Shown here: positions 28,925 to 38,686 of the stretch, in pieces | How the letters are laid out: each line of letters starts with the position of its first letter | Numbering within the stretch: position 1 is the first letter of the stretch | Assembly (NCBI GenBank): GCA_965223415.1 | Contig: OZ245002.1 | Location: 3,424,001 to 3,488,000, forward strand | Direction of reading: 5' to 3' | DNA: 64,000 bases | Source of the DNA: Myxococcota bacterium | Lineage (GTDB): Bacteria > Myxococcota_A > UBA9160 > UBA6930 | Notes under the pieces: model-generated | Told to the model about the DNA's origin: nothing | The model's database searches: none | The model's input: the letters and a program-made list of their open reading frames with translations, nothing else | Program-made: the position numbers and the translations under genes

Positions 28925-30279
28925 CGAACCTCGGCGCCCAGGAAGGCCTCTCGCCCGCGCCGCAGGATCCACACCACCAGGCCGACGGCCACCACCAGGA
29001 GGCCGAAGGCCAGCCCCCACCAGAGCCCGGGAAGCCCGGCCTCGGTGCGCAGGGCGAGCCAGACGCCGATCGGCAGGGCGAGGACCCAGTAGCCGACGAG
29101 GTTGAAGACCGCGGCGGGCCGGGGGCGCCCCATGCCGCGCAACACGCCGCAGGCGACCGCCTGGGTGCCGTCGAAGATCTGGAAGGCGCCGGCGATGGGG
29201 AGGATCGTGGCGGCCAGGGCGATGACCGCCGCATCCGGCGAGTAGGCCCGCGGCAGCAGCTCGCGCAGCAGCACGAACAGGCAGGCCGAGACCGACATCA
29301 CCGCCGCTCCCATGCCGATCCCCACCCAGGACGCCCGTCCCGCGCGCTCCGGCTCACCGGCACCGATCAGATTGCCCACCCGCACGGCGGCGCCCTGGGC
29401 GATCCCGAGTGGCACCATGAAGGTGAGGGAGGCCAGGTTCATCACGATGGTGTGGGCGGCCAGCGAGGTGGCCCCCAGCCAGCCCGCCACCAGGTTCGAG
29501 CTGCCGAAGGCCCACATCTCGAGGCCCATCTGGAGCGAGATCGGGATGCCCAGGGCGAGCATGTGCCGCAGCCCGGCCGGGTCCCAGGCGCCGCGGCTCC
29601 AGCCCGCCCAGCCGCCCTGGTGGTAGCCGCGGGCCCAGACCAGGCCCACGAGGGCCACGGCCGAAAGGATCCGGGTGATCGACGTCGCGATCCCCGCCCC
29701 CTCGAGGCCGAGGGCCGGCGCGCCCAGGTTCCCGAAGATGAAGACCCAGTTGAAGAAGACGTTCCACAGGTTCGCGATCAGCACGACCCACATCGCCGGC
29801 CGCACCAGCTCGCGCGCCTGCAGGTACTGGCGCAGCGCCGCCGTGCCGAGCAGGAAGGGCACCGCCGGAAGCTGCACGCGGGTGTAGGTGTGGGCCTCCG
29901 CGGCCAGCTCCGGCTGCTGGCCCAGGCCAAGCAGCACGCTGCCCGAGAGCGACCACAGCAGGATCACCCCGATCGACAGAACGCCCGCCAGTACGAGGCC
30001 CTGCTGGAGGGCCAGGCCGGCGCGCTCGCCGTCGCCGGCCCCGTGGGCCTGGCTCACGATCGGGTCGAGGGCGAACAGCACGCCGGTGGCGGCCTGCAGC
30101 GTCGCGAAGATCCAGAAGTTGCCGATCGCCGCCGCCGCCAGAGCGTCCACGCTCACCCGCCCGACCATCAGCGTGTCGACGAAGCCCATCAGCATGTTGC
30201 CGAGGAGCGCCGTCACCACGGGTCCGGCCAGGCGCAGCAGGTGGCGGGCCTCGCGGCCGAGCGTCTCCGGAGGCGTCAT
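28921..30279 (-). CDS. MATE family efflux transporter (NorM-like)
   Basis: DTLMVG, PIVSQAHGAG, FGNLGAPALGLEGAGIAT, FQIFDGTQ, GVLRGMG. Confidence 0.95.
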   Translation of the reverse strand: MTPPETLGREARHLLRLAGPVVTALLGNMLMGFVDTLMVGRVSVDALAAAAIGNFWIFATLQAATGVLFALDPIVSQAHGAGDGERAGLALQQGLVLAGVLSIGVILLWSLSGSVLLGLGQQPELAAEAHTYTRVQLPAVPFLLGTAALRQYLQARELVRPAMWVVLIANLWNVFFNWVFIFGNLGAPALGLEGAGIATSITRILSAVALVGLVWARGYHQGGWAGWSRGAWDPAGLRHMLALGIPISLQMGLEMWAFGSSNLVAGWLGATSLAAHTIVMNLASLTFMVPLGIAQGAAVRVGNLIGAGEPERAGRASWVGIGMGAAVMSVSACLFVLLRELLPRAYSPDAAVIALAATILPIAGAFQIFDGTQAVACGVLRGMGRPRPAAVFNLVGYWVLALPIGVWLALRTEAGLPGLWWGLAFGLLVVAVGLVVWILRRGREAFLGAEVR

Positions 30280-30292
30280 GCGGGGCCTCGGA

Positions 30293-30922
30293 TCAGCGGA
30301 GGTCGATGCCGACCAGCTCCGAGAGGGCAGCCAGGGCCGGCTCCGGGGCGTCGACCTTGATGGTCTGCATGCCCAGGGTCCGGGCGGTCTTGAGGTTGCG
30401 CCCGATGTCGTCCAGGAACACCGCTTCCTCGGGTCGGATATCGAGCGCCCGGCAGGCGTGCTCGTAGATGCGCGGGTCGGGCTTGCGCAGGCCCACCTTC
30501 GCGGACTCCACGACGACGTGGAAGAGGGCGTGGAGCTCGTGGGGGGCATCCGGGTCCGCTTCCTCGTCCACCCAGTTGTTGGTCAGGGCGGCGACCCGCT
30601 TGCCCGCGTCGCGCAGACGCTCGATGGCGCGCAGCATGGCGGGCCGAGGTCCGCACTCGCCGATGCGCCGCATCATCTCTCCGGCCGAGAGCGCGTGGCC
30701 CGCCGCGCGGCACTCGGCCTCGAAGTCCCGCTCGAATACGTCGCGGCCGATCTCGCCTCGCTCCAGCCGCGACCAGGCCCCCCCCGGGCCGCGCTCGACG
30801 ACCAGCCGGTTCACGAAGCCGTCCGGGATGCCGAGGTCCCGCTCGTAGCGGGCGATGGCGTGGAGCGGAGAATCGACCACGACCCCGCCCAGGTCGAAGA
30901 TCACGGCCCGGAGCGTCGACAT
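30293..30922 (-). CDS. HAD-family phosphatase (epoxide hydrolase N-terminal domain-like)
   Basis: FDLGGV, LTNNW, GLRKPDPRIY, FLDD. Confidence 0.92.
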   Translation of the reverse strand: MSTLRAVIFDLGGVVVDSPLHAIARYERDLGIPDGFVNRLVVERGPGGAWSRLERGEIGRDVFERDFEAECRAAGHALSAGEMMRRIGECGPRPAMLRAIERLRDAGKRVAALTNNWVDEEADPDAPHELHALFHVVVESAKVGLRKPDPRIYEHACRALDIRPEEAVFLDDIGRNLKTARTLGMQTIKVDAPEPALAALSELVGIDLR

Positions 30923-31027
30923 GGCCGGGCACGGTAGCCCAGGCGGCCGCTCCGGGCCGGGCGTCGTTCCCGTCTGGGGGAAACGACCCAGCTCAATCCG
31001 GGCCTGCGATCCGCCGATGACGTCCCG

Positions 31028-32335
31028 GTGAGTGCAGCCGAGCCGGAGAAGGACGGGACGCCGGAGGGCGCTCCGGCGCCGCGCCGTGCCATCCTGCCGC
31101 GCTTCGGCGACTCCCTGCCCGCGCTGGTCCAGCAATTCGGCCACGGCAAGTGCCTGGGCATGGTCGTGGTCGACGGCTCCGGCCTGGCGCCCATCGAGCG
31201 CACCTACGGCGCCGCTGCCGTCGAGGGGACGCTCGGGAACCTGGGTGCCGTCGTCTGGGAGGTGGCCTCCGGGCTGCTCGATGGCGACGAGGTGGTCGTG
31301 AGCGGCGAGACCGGTCGCTTCGAGGTGGTCGTGGCGTTCTTCCGCGGGGAGGGCGACGGCGGCTTCTACCGCAGCGAGCTGCCGACCCTGGCCCGGGGCA
31401 TCGAGAAGGCGATCGAGCGACAGGGGGTGCGGCTCGTCTACCCGTTCTCGCGGCGGGTCCCGCCCCTCTCGGTCGGCTACGCGGCCGTGCAGCGCAATCC
31501 GTTCCACGGAGCCGAGAGCCAGATCCTCGGAGCCGTGGTCGAGGCCCGGGCCGATGCGGAGCTCAACGCCCGCAACGCTGCGCGCCGCCAGCGTCGCGAC
31601 TTCCAGGGCATGCTCCTGGCGGGCGAGGTCTCGTCGGTCTACGAGCCGATCGTCGACGTCACGAGCAAGACCGTCTACGGCTACGAGGCCCTCGTCCGCG
31701 GCCCGGAGGGCACGCCCTTCCGCAGCCCGCTGGCGCTGTTCGACGCTGCCGCGGACGAGGATCTGGTGTTCGAGCTCGATTGCCTGTGTCGGCGCGCCGG
31801 TCTCGACGGCGCCGTGGGTCTGCCCTCGGGAACGGCCCTCTTCCTGAACGTGCGCCCGACGACGATCCACGATCCCTACTTCACGCCCGAGCAGCTGATC
31901 CACACGCTGCGCCGCAGCAAGCTCCAGCCGAGCGACGTGGTGTTCGAGATCTCCGAGCAGGAATCGATCGAGAGCTTCGACGTGTTCCGCGAGATCCGCG
32001 ACGCCTACCGGGCCCAGGGCTTCCGGTTCGCCCTCGACGACACCGGCGCCGGCTATGCGAGCCTCCAGGCCGTGATCGAGCTGGAGCCGGAGTTCATCAA
32101 GGTGGACCGCGCCCTCGTGACCGGCCTCGACACGGACCCGGCCCGCCAGGCCCTGCTGCAGGCGCTGCAATCCGTCGCGCGCACGATCGGTGCCAAGATC
32201 ATCGGCGAGGGTCTCGATACGCTCGAGGAGCTCGAGATGCTGAAGGAGCTCGAGATCTCCTTCGGCCAGGGCTGGCTGTTCGGCAAGCCCACGCCCCTGC
32301 GCGCCGGGGGCGACGCGGACGACGGGCAACGCTGA
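31028..32335 (+). CDS. EAL-domain c-di-GMP phosphodiesterase with degenerate GGDEF-like N-terminus
   Basis: YEPIV, GYEALVR, LFLN, FEISE, ALDDTGAG, IKVDR, EGL, QGWLFGKP. Confidence 0.9.
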   Translation: MSAAEPEKDGTPEGAPAPRRAILPRFGDSLPALVQQFGHGKCLGMVVVDGSGLAPIERTYGAAAVEGTLGNLGAVVWEVASGLLDGDEVVVSGETGRFEVVVAFFRGEGDGGFYRSELPTLARGIEKAIERQGVRLVYPFSRRVPPLSVGYAAVQRNPFHGAESQILGAVVEARADAELNARNAARRQRRDFQGMLLAGEVSSVYEPIVDVTSKTVYGYEALVRGPEGTPFRSPLALFDAAADEDLVFELDCLCRRAGLDGAVGLPSGTALFLNVRPTTIHDPYFTPEQLIHTLRRSKLQPSDVVFEISEQESIESFDVFREIRDAYRAQGFRFALDDTGAGYASLQAVIELEPEFIKVDRALVTGLDTDPARQALLQALQSVARTIGAKIIGEGLDTLEELEMLKELEISFGQGWLFGKPTPLRAGGDADDGQR

Positions 32336-32350
32336 CGTATCCTTCCTGCC

Positions 32351-33130
32351 ATGCTGGCAGGATTCGACTCCGTCACGAAGACCCTTCTCGGCGTGCCCCG
32401 CACGGTCCATCGTCGCGGCGAAGGCCCCGGCGTGCTGGTGATGCACGAGATCCCGGGCATCACGCCGGAGGTCGCGCGCTTCGCCCGCACGGTCGCCGAC
32501 GCGGGCTACAGCGTCGCCCTCCCCGAGCTCTTCGGCGTGCTCGAGAAGCCCATCTCGGGTGGCTACGTGCTCGGCCAGATGGCGCGGGCCTGCATCAGCC
32601 GGGAGTTCCACGTGCTGGCCGCCCACGGCACCAGCCCGATCACCGACTGGCTTCGCGCCCTGGCGCGCGATCTCCACGAGGAGGTGGGTGGCAAGGGCGT
32701 CGGTGCCATCGGCATGTGCCTGACGGGCAATTTCGCCCTGGCGCTGATGATGGAGCCGTCCCTGATGGCGCCGGTCCTCTCCCAGCCCTCGCTCCCCTTT
32801 CCCTTCGGCAAGGCGCGGCGGCGCGCGCTGCACGTCACGCCGGAGCAGCTCGCCTGCGTGAAGGAGCGCGCCGCCGAGGGCGTCGGCGTCCTCGGCCTGC
32901 GCTTCAGCCACGACCCCATGTGCCCTCCCGAGCGCTTCGAGACCTTGCGACGGGAGCTCGGCGACGGCTTCGAGGGCATCGAGATCGACTCCGGCCCCGG
33001 CAACCCCCACGGCCTTACCCGCATGGCCCACAGCGTGGTGACCACCGATCTCGTCGACGAGGCAGGGCACCCGACCCGGGAGGCCCTCGATCGCGTGCTC
33101 GGGCTGTTCGAGGAGCGGCTCAAGGGCTAG
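32351..33130 (+). CDS. Dienelactone hydrolase family protein
   Basis: MHEIPG, GMCLTG nucleophile elbow, AHSVVT. Confidence 0.9.
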   Translation: MLAGFDSVTKTLLGVPRTVHRRGEGPGVLVMHEIPGITPEVARFARTVADAGYSVALPELFGVLEKPISGGYVLGQMARACISREFHVLAAHGTSPITDWLRALARDLHEEVGGKGVGAIGMCLTGNFALALMMEPSLMAPVLSQPSLPFPFGKARRRALHVTPEQLACVKERAAEGVGVLGLRFSHDPMCPPERFETLRRELGDGFEGIEIDSGPGNPHGLTRMAHSVVTTDLVDEAGHPTREALDRVLGLFEERLKG

Positions 33131-33993
33131 GCAGGGGCCCGCCTCCGCCAGGAGTCGAAGCTGAAGAGCGCCAGGGCGATCCAGATGCACGAGAAGGCGA
33201 CGGCGTGGGCGCCGGACCAGGGCTCCTCGTAGACGAAGAGGGCCAGCAGGAATCCGATGCTCGGCGCGATGTACTGGAAGAGGCCTAGCATCGATAGGGG
33301 CAGACGGCGCGCTGCGCTGCCGAACCAGAGCAGGGGGAGCGCCGTCGCGGGCCCCGCGCCGACGAGGAGGCTCTCTTCCAACGGACTCAGGCCTCCGCCC
33401 AGCGCTCCGCCCACCGGCTCGACGCCGACCATCAGGAAGAGCGCGGCGAGAGGAGCCAGCAGGCCCGTCTCGAAGGAGAGGGCCGGGATCGGTCGGGCGT
33501 GGCAGAGCTTGTGCACCAAGCCGTAGAGGCCGAACGACATGGCCAGGGCGAGAGACACCCACGGCAGCCCCGCGAACCGCCAGCCCAGCACCGCGACCCC
33601 GGCGGCGGCGACCGCCACCGCGAGCGCCTGCAACGGCCACAGGCGCTCGCCCAGGAAGAGCCGGCCGAGGAAGACGCTGAGGAGCGGATTCAGGTAGTAG
33701 CCGAAGCTCGCCTCGAGCAGCTGGTCGTGGTTCACGGCCCAGATGTAGACGAGCCAGTTCACCCCGATCAGGACGCCGGCGAGCCCGAGGAAGAGCGCCT
33801 CCCGGGGGCGGCTGCGCACGGCGAGGAGCTCCGGCAGCCGACGCAGGACGCCCAGCAGCAGCAACGTGAACGCGACGGTACCGATCACCCGCCAGGCGAG
33901 GATCTCCGCCGCGGGCACGGCGGCGAGCGCCTTCCAGTAGACCGGCAGCACTCCCCACGCGCCGTAGGCGAGCAGGGCGTAGACGACTCCCAT
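33127..33993 (-). CDS. rarD: EamA/DMT transporter RarD
   Basis: WGVLPVYWK, NWLVYIWAV, ASFGYYLNPL, GLFQYIAP. Confidence 0.93.
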   Translation of the reverse strand: MGVVYALLAYGAWGVLPVYWKALAAVPAAEILAWRVIGTVAFTLLLLGVLRRLPELLAVRSRPREALFLGLAGVLIGVNWLVYIWAVNHDQLLEASFGYYLNPLLSVFLGRLFLGERLWPLQALAVAVAAAGVAVLGWRFAGLPWVSLALAMSFGLYGLVHKLCHARPIPALSFETGLLAPLAALFLMVGVEPVGGALGGGLSPLEESLLVGAGPATALPLLWFGSAARRLPLSMLGLFQYIAPSIGFLLALFVYEEPWSGAHAVAFSCIWIALALFSFDSWRRRAPA

Positions 33994-34011
33994 GGGTGGT
34001 AAGCTCCGCGC

Positions 34012-34797
34012 GTGATCGTGCTCCACGAGCTCGTGAAGCGCTACGGGGACGGACACGAAGTCGACGGGGGAGCGGCAGCGGTGGACGGCGTCTCGCTGCG
34101 CGTGCCCCAGGGCGAATGCGTGTTCCTCGTAGGGGGCTCGGGCTGCGGCAAGACCACGACCCTCAAGATGATCAATCGCCTGATCGAGCCCACGGCCGGG
34201 CGGGTCGAGATCGACGGCCATGATCATCGCGAGCTGCCTGGTCACGAGCTGCGGCGACGCATCGGCTACGGCTTCCAGCAGGTCGGGCTCTTCCCGCACC
34301 TGACCGTCGCAGAGAACGTCGGCATCACGCCGGAGCTGCTCGGCTGGGAGCGCGAGCGCATCACCGCCCGGGTGGAGGAGCTGCTCCAGCGCGTCGAGCT
34401 GTCGCCGGCGGAGTTCGGCGGGCGAGCGCCGGCCGAGCTCTCCGGAGGCCAGCAGCAGCGGGTCGGCCTGGCGCGCGCCCTCGCCGCCGAGCCGGACATC
34501 CTGCTCCTCGACGAGCCCTTCGGCGCCCTGGACCCGCTCACCCGCGACCGCCTCCAGGACGCCTTTCGCCGCCTGCGGGAGGACCTCGCGCTCACGGTGA
34601 TGTTCGTGAGCCACGACATGGTCGAGGCGCTGCTCCTCGCCGATCGCATCGCGGTGATGGAGGCCGGTCGCGTGCTGCAGATCGGCACGCCCGCCGAGCT
34701 GATGGCTGCGCCGGCCCATCCGCGCGTCGCCGAGCTGCTGGACACTCCGCGCCGACAGCGCGACGCCGTCGACCGCCTGCTGGGTGCCGGTGCGTGA
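34012..34797 (+). CDS. Osmoprotectant (glycine betaine/proline/choline) ABC transporter ATPase
   Basis: GSGCGKTT..KMINRL, LSGGQQQRVG, DEPFGALDP. Confidence 0.93.
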   Translation: MIVLHELVKRYGDGHEVDGGAAAVDGVSLRVPQGECVFLVGGSGCGKTTTLKMINRLIEPTAGRVEIDGHDHRELPGHELRRRIGYGFQQVGLFPHLTVAENVGITPELLGWERERITARVEELLQRVELSPAEFGGRAPAELSGGQQQRVGLARALAAEPDILLLDEPFGALDPLTRDRLQDAFRRLREDLALTVMFVSHDMVEALLLADRIAVMEAGRVLQIGTPAELMAAPAHPRVAELLDTPRRQRDAVDRLLGAGA

Positions 34798-36362
34798 GCG
34801 ACCAGCTCGCGCTCCTCCCCGAGCGGCTGACCGCCCATCTCCAGCTCACGCTGGTCGCGCTGGCCGTCGGCATGGCCCTCGCGATTCCCCTCGGAATCGC
34901 GGTGACGCGACGACGCAACCTCGAGGGAGGGGTGCTCGGCGTGGCCAGCGTCATCCAGACGATTCCCAGCCTGGCGCTGCTCGCGATCATGGTGCCGACC
35001 CTCGCGGCGCTGGCCGTCTGGCTCGAGACCCTGGGCATCGAGCTGCGCAGCATCGGCTATCCGCCCGCCATCGTGGCCCTGGCGCTCTACAGCATCCTGC
35101 CGATCCTGCGGAACACGGTGGCTGGGATCGGCGGAGTGGATCCTGCCCTGGTCGAGGCGGCCCGCGGAGTGGGGATGACCTCCGCCCAGCAGCTGCGTCG
35201 GGTGGAGCTGCCCCTGGCCCTCCCGGTGATCGTGGCCGGCGTGCGCACGGCGGCGGTGTGGGTGGTCGGCACGGCCACCCTCTCGACGCCGGTCGGCGCG
35301 ACGAGCCTTGGCAACTTCATCTTCACCGGCCTGCAGACCCGGAACTTCACGGCGGTGTGGGTCGGCTGCCTCGCCGCGGCGGCGTTGGCGCTGCTCCTCG
35401 ATGGCCTCATCGCAGCGCTCGAGTCCGGCGTGCGTCGCCGCCGCCGCGGGAGGGTCGGTGCGGCCCTGGCGGTTCTGCTCGGGCTCTACGCCTACGTCGG
35501 CTGGGCCTTCGTCGCCGACGCCGGTCGCGACGCGGGGCGCCCCGTCCTGATCGGCTCCAAGAGCTTCACCGAGCAGTACATCCTCTCCGAGCTCGTGGCG
35601 GGCTGGGTGCGGGCGGACACCGGCCGCGAATCCCGGGCGCTCGAGTCCCTGGGCTCGACAGTCGCCTTCGACGCCCTGCGGGACAGTCAGATCGATCTCT
35701 ACGTGGACTACTCCGGCACGGTCTGGGCCACCCTGATGAAGCGGGAAGGCCTCCCCGAGAGCCGCCAGGCCGTGCTGCAGGAGGTGCGGGACTGGCTCGC
35801 CGCCGAGCACGACGTCACCCTGGTCGCCGCCCTCGGCTTCGAGAACACCTACGCCCTCGGCATGCGCGCCGATCGGGCCCGCGAGCTCGGGGTGACGCGC
35901 ATTGGCCAGCTGCCGCGGGTCGCGCCCCGCCTCTCGATCGGGGGCGACCTGGAGTTCTTCAGCCGCGCCGAGTGGAAGGCCCTCGACGCCACCTACGGCC
36001 TGCCCTTCGCCGAGCAACGCAGCATGGATCCCGGCCTCATGTACCAGGCCGTCGCGGCGCGCGAGGTGGACGTGATCAGCGCCTTCTCCACCGACGGTCG
36101 CATCGCCGCCTACGACCTGGTGCTGCTCGAGGACGACCGGGGCGTGATCCCGCCCTACGATGCGATCCTGCTGGCGAGCCCGCGCCTGCGCCGGGAGCTG
36201 CCGGAGGTGGTCGAAGCGCTGGGCGAGCTCGACGGATCGATCGACGAGCCTCGCATGCAGCGGCTGAACTACGCCGTCGACGAGGAGGGCGAGAGCCCGG
36301 CGGCGGTGGCGGAGCGACTGCTCACCGAGCTCCGTGGAGAGGCCGGGCGGGTGGCGCCCTAG
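34794..36362 (+). CDS. Osmoprotectant ABC transporter fused permease / substrate-binding protein
   Basis: QTIPSLAL, EAARGVGM, ELPLA, IGSKSFTEQ, GFENTY, TDGRI, PPYDA. Confidence 0.93.
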   Translation: MSDQLALLPERLTAHLQLTLVALAVGMALAIPLGIAVTRRRNLEGGVLGVASVIQTIPSLALLAIMVPTLAALAVWLETLGIELRSIGYPPAIVALALYSILPILRNTVAGIGGVDPALVEAARGVGMTSAQQLRRVELPLALPVIVAGVRTAAVWVVGTATLSTPVGATSLGNFIFTGLQTRNFTAVWVGCLAAAALALLLDGLIAALESGVRRRRRGRVGAALAVLLGLYAYVGWAFVADAGRDAGRPVLIGSKSFTEQYILSELVAGWVRADTGRESRALESLGSTVAFDALRDSQIDLYVDYSGTVWATLMKREGLPESRQAVLQEVRDWLAAEHDVTLVAALGFENTYALGMRADRARELGVTRIGQLPRVAPRLSIGGDLEFFSRAEWKALDATYGLPFAEQRSMDPGLMYQAVAAREVDVISAFSTDGRIAAYDLVLLEDDRGVIPPYDAILLASPRLRRELPEVVEALGELDGSIDEPRMQRLNYAVDEEGESPAAVAERLLTELRGEAGRVAP

Positions 36363-37632
36363 CAGGCTGCTGAAATTCGGCGCTGAGAGGCGCCAGAACG
36401 CCAGAGGGCGCGGGTCCCCGCGGCCCGCTCGGCTCGCTCTTCGATCCCGGAAGCGATCCGGGGTACCTCGTCTCGATGCAGGTGCGTCATGTGACCTCTA
36501 CGAGGTTGCGTATGCGGACCAGGTTGTAGACCGCCGCCGTGAAGACGAACATCCACCCGACCCGATCCGTGCCCCGGTGACGCGTCTTTCGCATTCCCCC
36601 GACCGTCTTCATCCAACCGAAGCACTCCTCGATCCGCTTGCGTTTGTGCTGGCTGATCGCGTAGCCCTCGTGACGGACCGTGCGACCGTCGATCCGGCTG
36701 GCCCGATTCGTCGTGTGCTGCGCCACGTGCGGCGTGATGTTGCGCTTCCGGCAGCCCGCCACGAACTCCTCGGTGTCGTAGCCCTTGTCCCCGCCCAGCG
36801 TGATCCGGCGCCTTCCCGCCACGTCCTCCGCCATCTCCAGCGCTGCCAGCCGCTCGGCGTAGCCATCGGCCTCCGTCAGCAGCGCCGAGACGATCAGGCC
36901 GTTGCGGTTCTCCGTCAGCAGATGGCCCATGTAGGCCAGCTGCGAGGTCTGGCCCTTCTTGCGCGCCAGCCGCGCCTCGGGATCCGTCGTCGATTCGTGC
37001 GTCGCGTTGCTCCGCCGCTCTCCCCGAAAGTTCACCGTCGGGTTGCCCGGATCGTCGTCTCCGTCGTCCCCCGAGCCGTCCTTCGCCCGGAAGCTCTTCT
37101 GGCTCGCCCACGCCTCGATCAGCGTGCCATCCACCGTGAAGTGCTCCGACGACAGAAGGCCGTGGTCCTTTCCCTGCGCCAGCACCGCCTCAAAGAACGC
37201 CTCCGCCACGTCCCCTTCCAGCAGCCGGTCCCGGTTCTTCGTGAAGACCGTCGGGACCCAGACCGCATCCTCCATCCCCAGCCCTACGAACCAACGGAAC
37301 AGCAGGTTGTACTCGAGCTGCTCCATCAGCTGGCGCTCACTCCGGATCGAGTAGAGCACCTGCAGCAACAGAGCCCGCAGCAGCCGCTCCGGTGGGATCG
37401 ACGGCCGGCCCGTCGACGCGTAGAGCTCCGAGAACCGCCGAGACAGGCCCCTCAGCGCCTCGTCCACCATCGCCCGCATGGGGCGAAGCGGATGATCCTC
37501 CGGAATCCGCGTCTCCAGCGAGACGTAGCTGAACATCGAACCCTGCTCTCGGTCGCTGCCGCGCATCCTCTCTCCCCCCGACCCATCTTCTACCATCGAG
37601 AACACGGAAACGCAGGGTTTTTCAGCAGCCTG
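36363..37632 (-). mobile_element. Complete IS5-type insertion sequence, 1270 bp
   Basis: 13-bp terminal IRs CAGGCTGCTGAAA / TTTCAGCAGCCTG, flanked by CTAG at 36359-36362 and 37633-37636. Confidence 0.95.
36487..37566 (-). CDS. IS5-family DDE transposase (DUF772-type N-terminus)
   Basis: HPLRPMR, GRPSIPPE, IRSERQL, VDGT, GDKGYD, RKRIEECFGWMK, AVYNLVR. Confidence 0.95.
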   Translation of the reverse strand: MRGSDREQGSMFSYVSLETRIPEDHPLRPMRAMVDEALRGLSRRFSELYASTGRPSIPPERLLRALLLQVLYSIRSERQLMEQLEYNLLFRWFVGLGMEDAVWVPTVFTKNRDRLLEGDVAEAFFEAVLAQGKDHGLLSSEHFTVDGTLIEAWASQKSFRAKDGSGDDGDDDPGNPTVNFRGERRSNATHESTTDPEARLARKKGQTSQLAYMGHLLTENRNGLIVSALLTEADGYAERLAALEMAEDVAGRRRITLGGDKGYDTEEFVAGCRKRNITPHVAQHTTNRASRIDGRTVRHEGYAISQHKRKRIEECFGWMKTVGGMRKTRHRGTDRVGWMFVFTAAVYNLVRIRNLVEVT

Positions 37633-37645
37633 CTAGGCCGCCTCG

Positions 37646-38686
37646 TTACCACATCGCCACCGGCGAGCCGATCGAGCCGGTCGCGCCTGCGATGGGCACC
37701 GGTGTGTAGAGGTAGGCGAAGCGGTAGACGCCGCGCTCCACCAGCTCCGAGAGCTTCAGGTTCTCCTGGTTCACGATGCCGTGGCGCACCTGCAGGAAGG
37801 TGTGGGCGCAGAACTCGCAGTCCGGGTCCTCGCCGGGGACGGCGTCGACGGGCCAGGTGTCGGCGCCGGTCACGCCCGCCTTGCCCTCGGCGAGCCAGCG
37901 TGCGACCTCGATGCCAATGCCGGGGCAGCCGTCGTTGTACCTGGCGTTGTCCGCGATCCAATACTTCTCCCAGCCGGTGCGGAAGAGCACCGCGTCGCCG
38001 GGCTGGAGCTCGAACTCGGCCATGCCCTGCAGGGCGAGGGCCTTCTTCACGTCGGCCAGGGTGATGACCTCGCCGCGCTCCATCGAATCGACGCCCCGGG
38101 CCGCGGCGACGTCGATCAGCACGCCGCGGGCCACGATCGGGTGCAGCTTCTCCGTGCCGAGCTCGGCCAGGCCGTAGGGCCGGTTGATCTGCGCGGCGGT
38201 GTAGCCGTTGTAGTAGCGGACCTGGCCCAGGTCACCGGGCGAGCCGATCTGGATGCCGATGTGTCCGAGGCCGTCGAACTGGGTGCCGACCTGGCCGATC
38301 TCGGTGGCCAGGAACTCGTCGTTCCAGATGCCCTGGTTCTTGCCCACCGGTCCGCCGGTCGGCGCGCCGGGGATGCGCAGGGCGAAGCTGCGGCCGCCGA
38401 AGAGCGGCATGTCCGCGCTGTAGACCTGGCCGATCTTCACGCTCCGGCCCTTCCGGATCTCGGCGAGGGCCCGCTTCACCACCTCCGGCTTCGTGTACCA
38501 GTTGGTCGAGCCGGCCTGGTCGCCCTCGCCCCACAACGGGTTGGGCCACCAGCGCTCGCCGAGGGGCGTCTCCATGCAGTCGCCGTCGACCCAGGCCTTG
38601 CCCCCCAGGTGTCGGAAGGCGTCGCAATCTGCGAGAGCCGGCGCGGCCGCCAGCCACACCGCTGCGGCGAGGACCGGACTACGCAT
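37646..38686 (-). CDS. Secreted cyclase-family (kynurenine formamidase-like) metallohydrolase
   Basis: Signal peptide; GTQFDGLGH, RGVLIDV, GDAVLFRTGW, GADT, ENL, GATGS. Confidence 0.88.
   Translation of the reverse strand: MRSPVLAAAVWLAAAPALADCDAFRHLGGKAWVDGDCMETPLGERWWPNPLWGEGDQAGSTNWYTKPEVVKRALAEIRKGRSVKIGQVYSADMPLFGGRSFALRIPGAPTGGPVGKNQGIWNDEFLATEIGQVGTQFDGLGHIGIQIGSPGDLGQVRYYNGYTAAQINRPYGLAELGTEKLHPIVARGVLIDVAAARGVDSMERGEVITLADVKKALALQGMAEFELQPGDAVLFRTGWEKYWIADNARYNDGCPGIGIEVARWLAEGKAGVTGADTWPVDAVPGEDPDCEFCAHTFLQVRHGIVNQENLKLSELVERGVYRFAYLYTPVPIAGATGSIGSPVAMW

Noticed and set aside
30293..33958. 1221-aa minus-strand ORF and similar very long ORFs (4111-7314, 6342-9560, 20023-22866, 45603-49019, 2836-5859)
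   Set aside because: High-GC shadow frames antisense to real genes; where real, only the 3' portions encode proteins, and starts were reassigned accordingly
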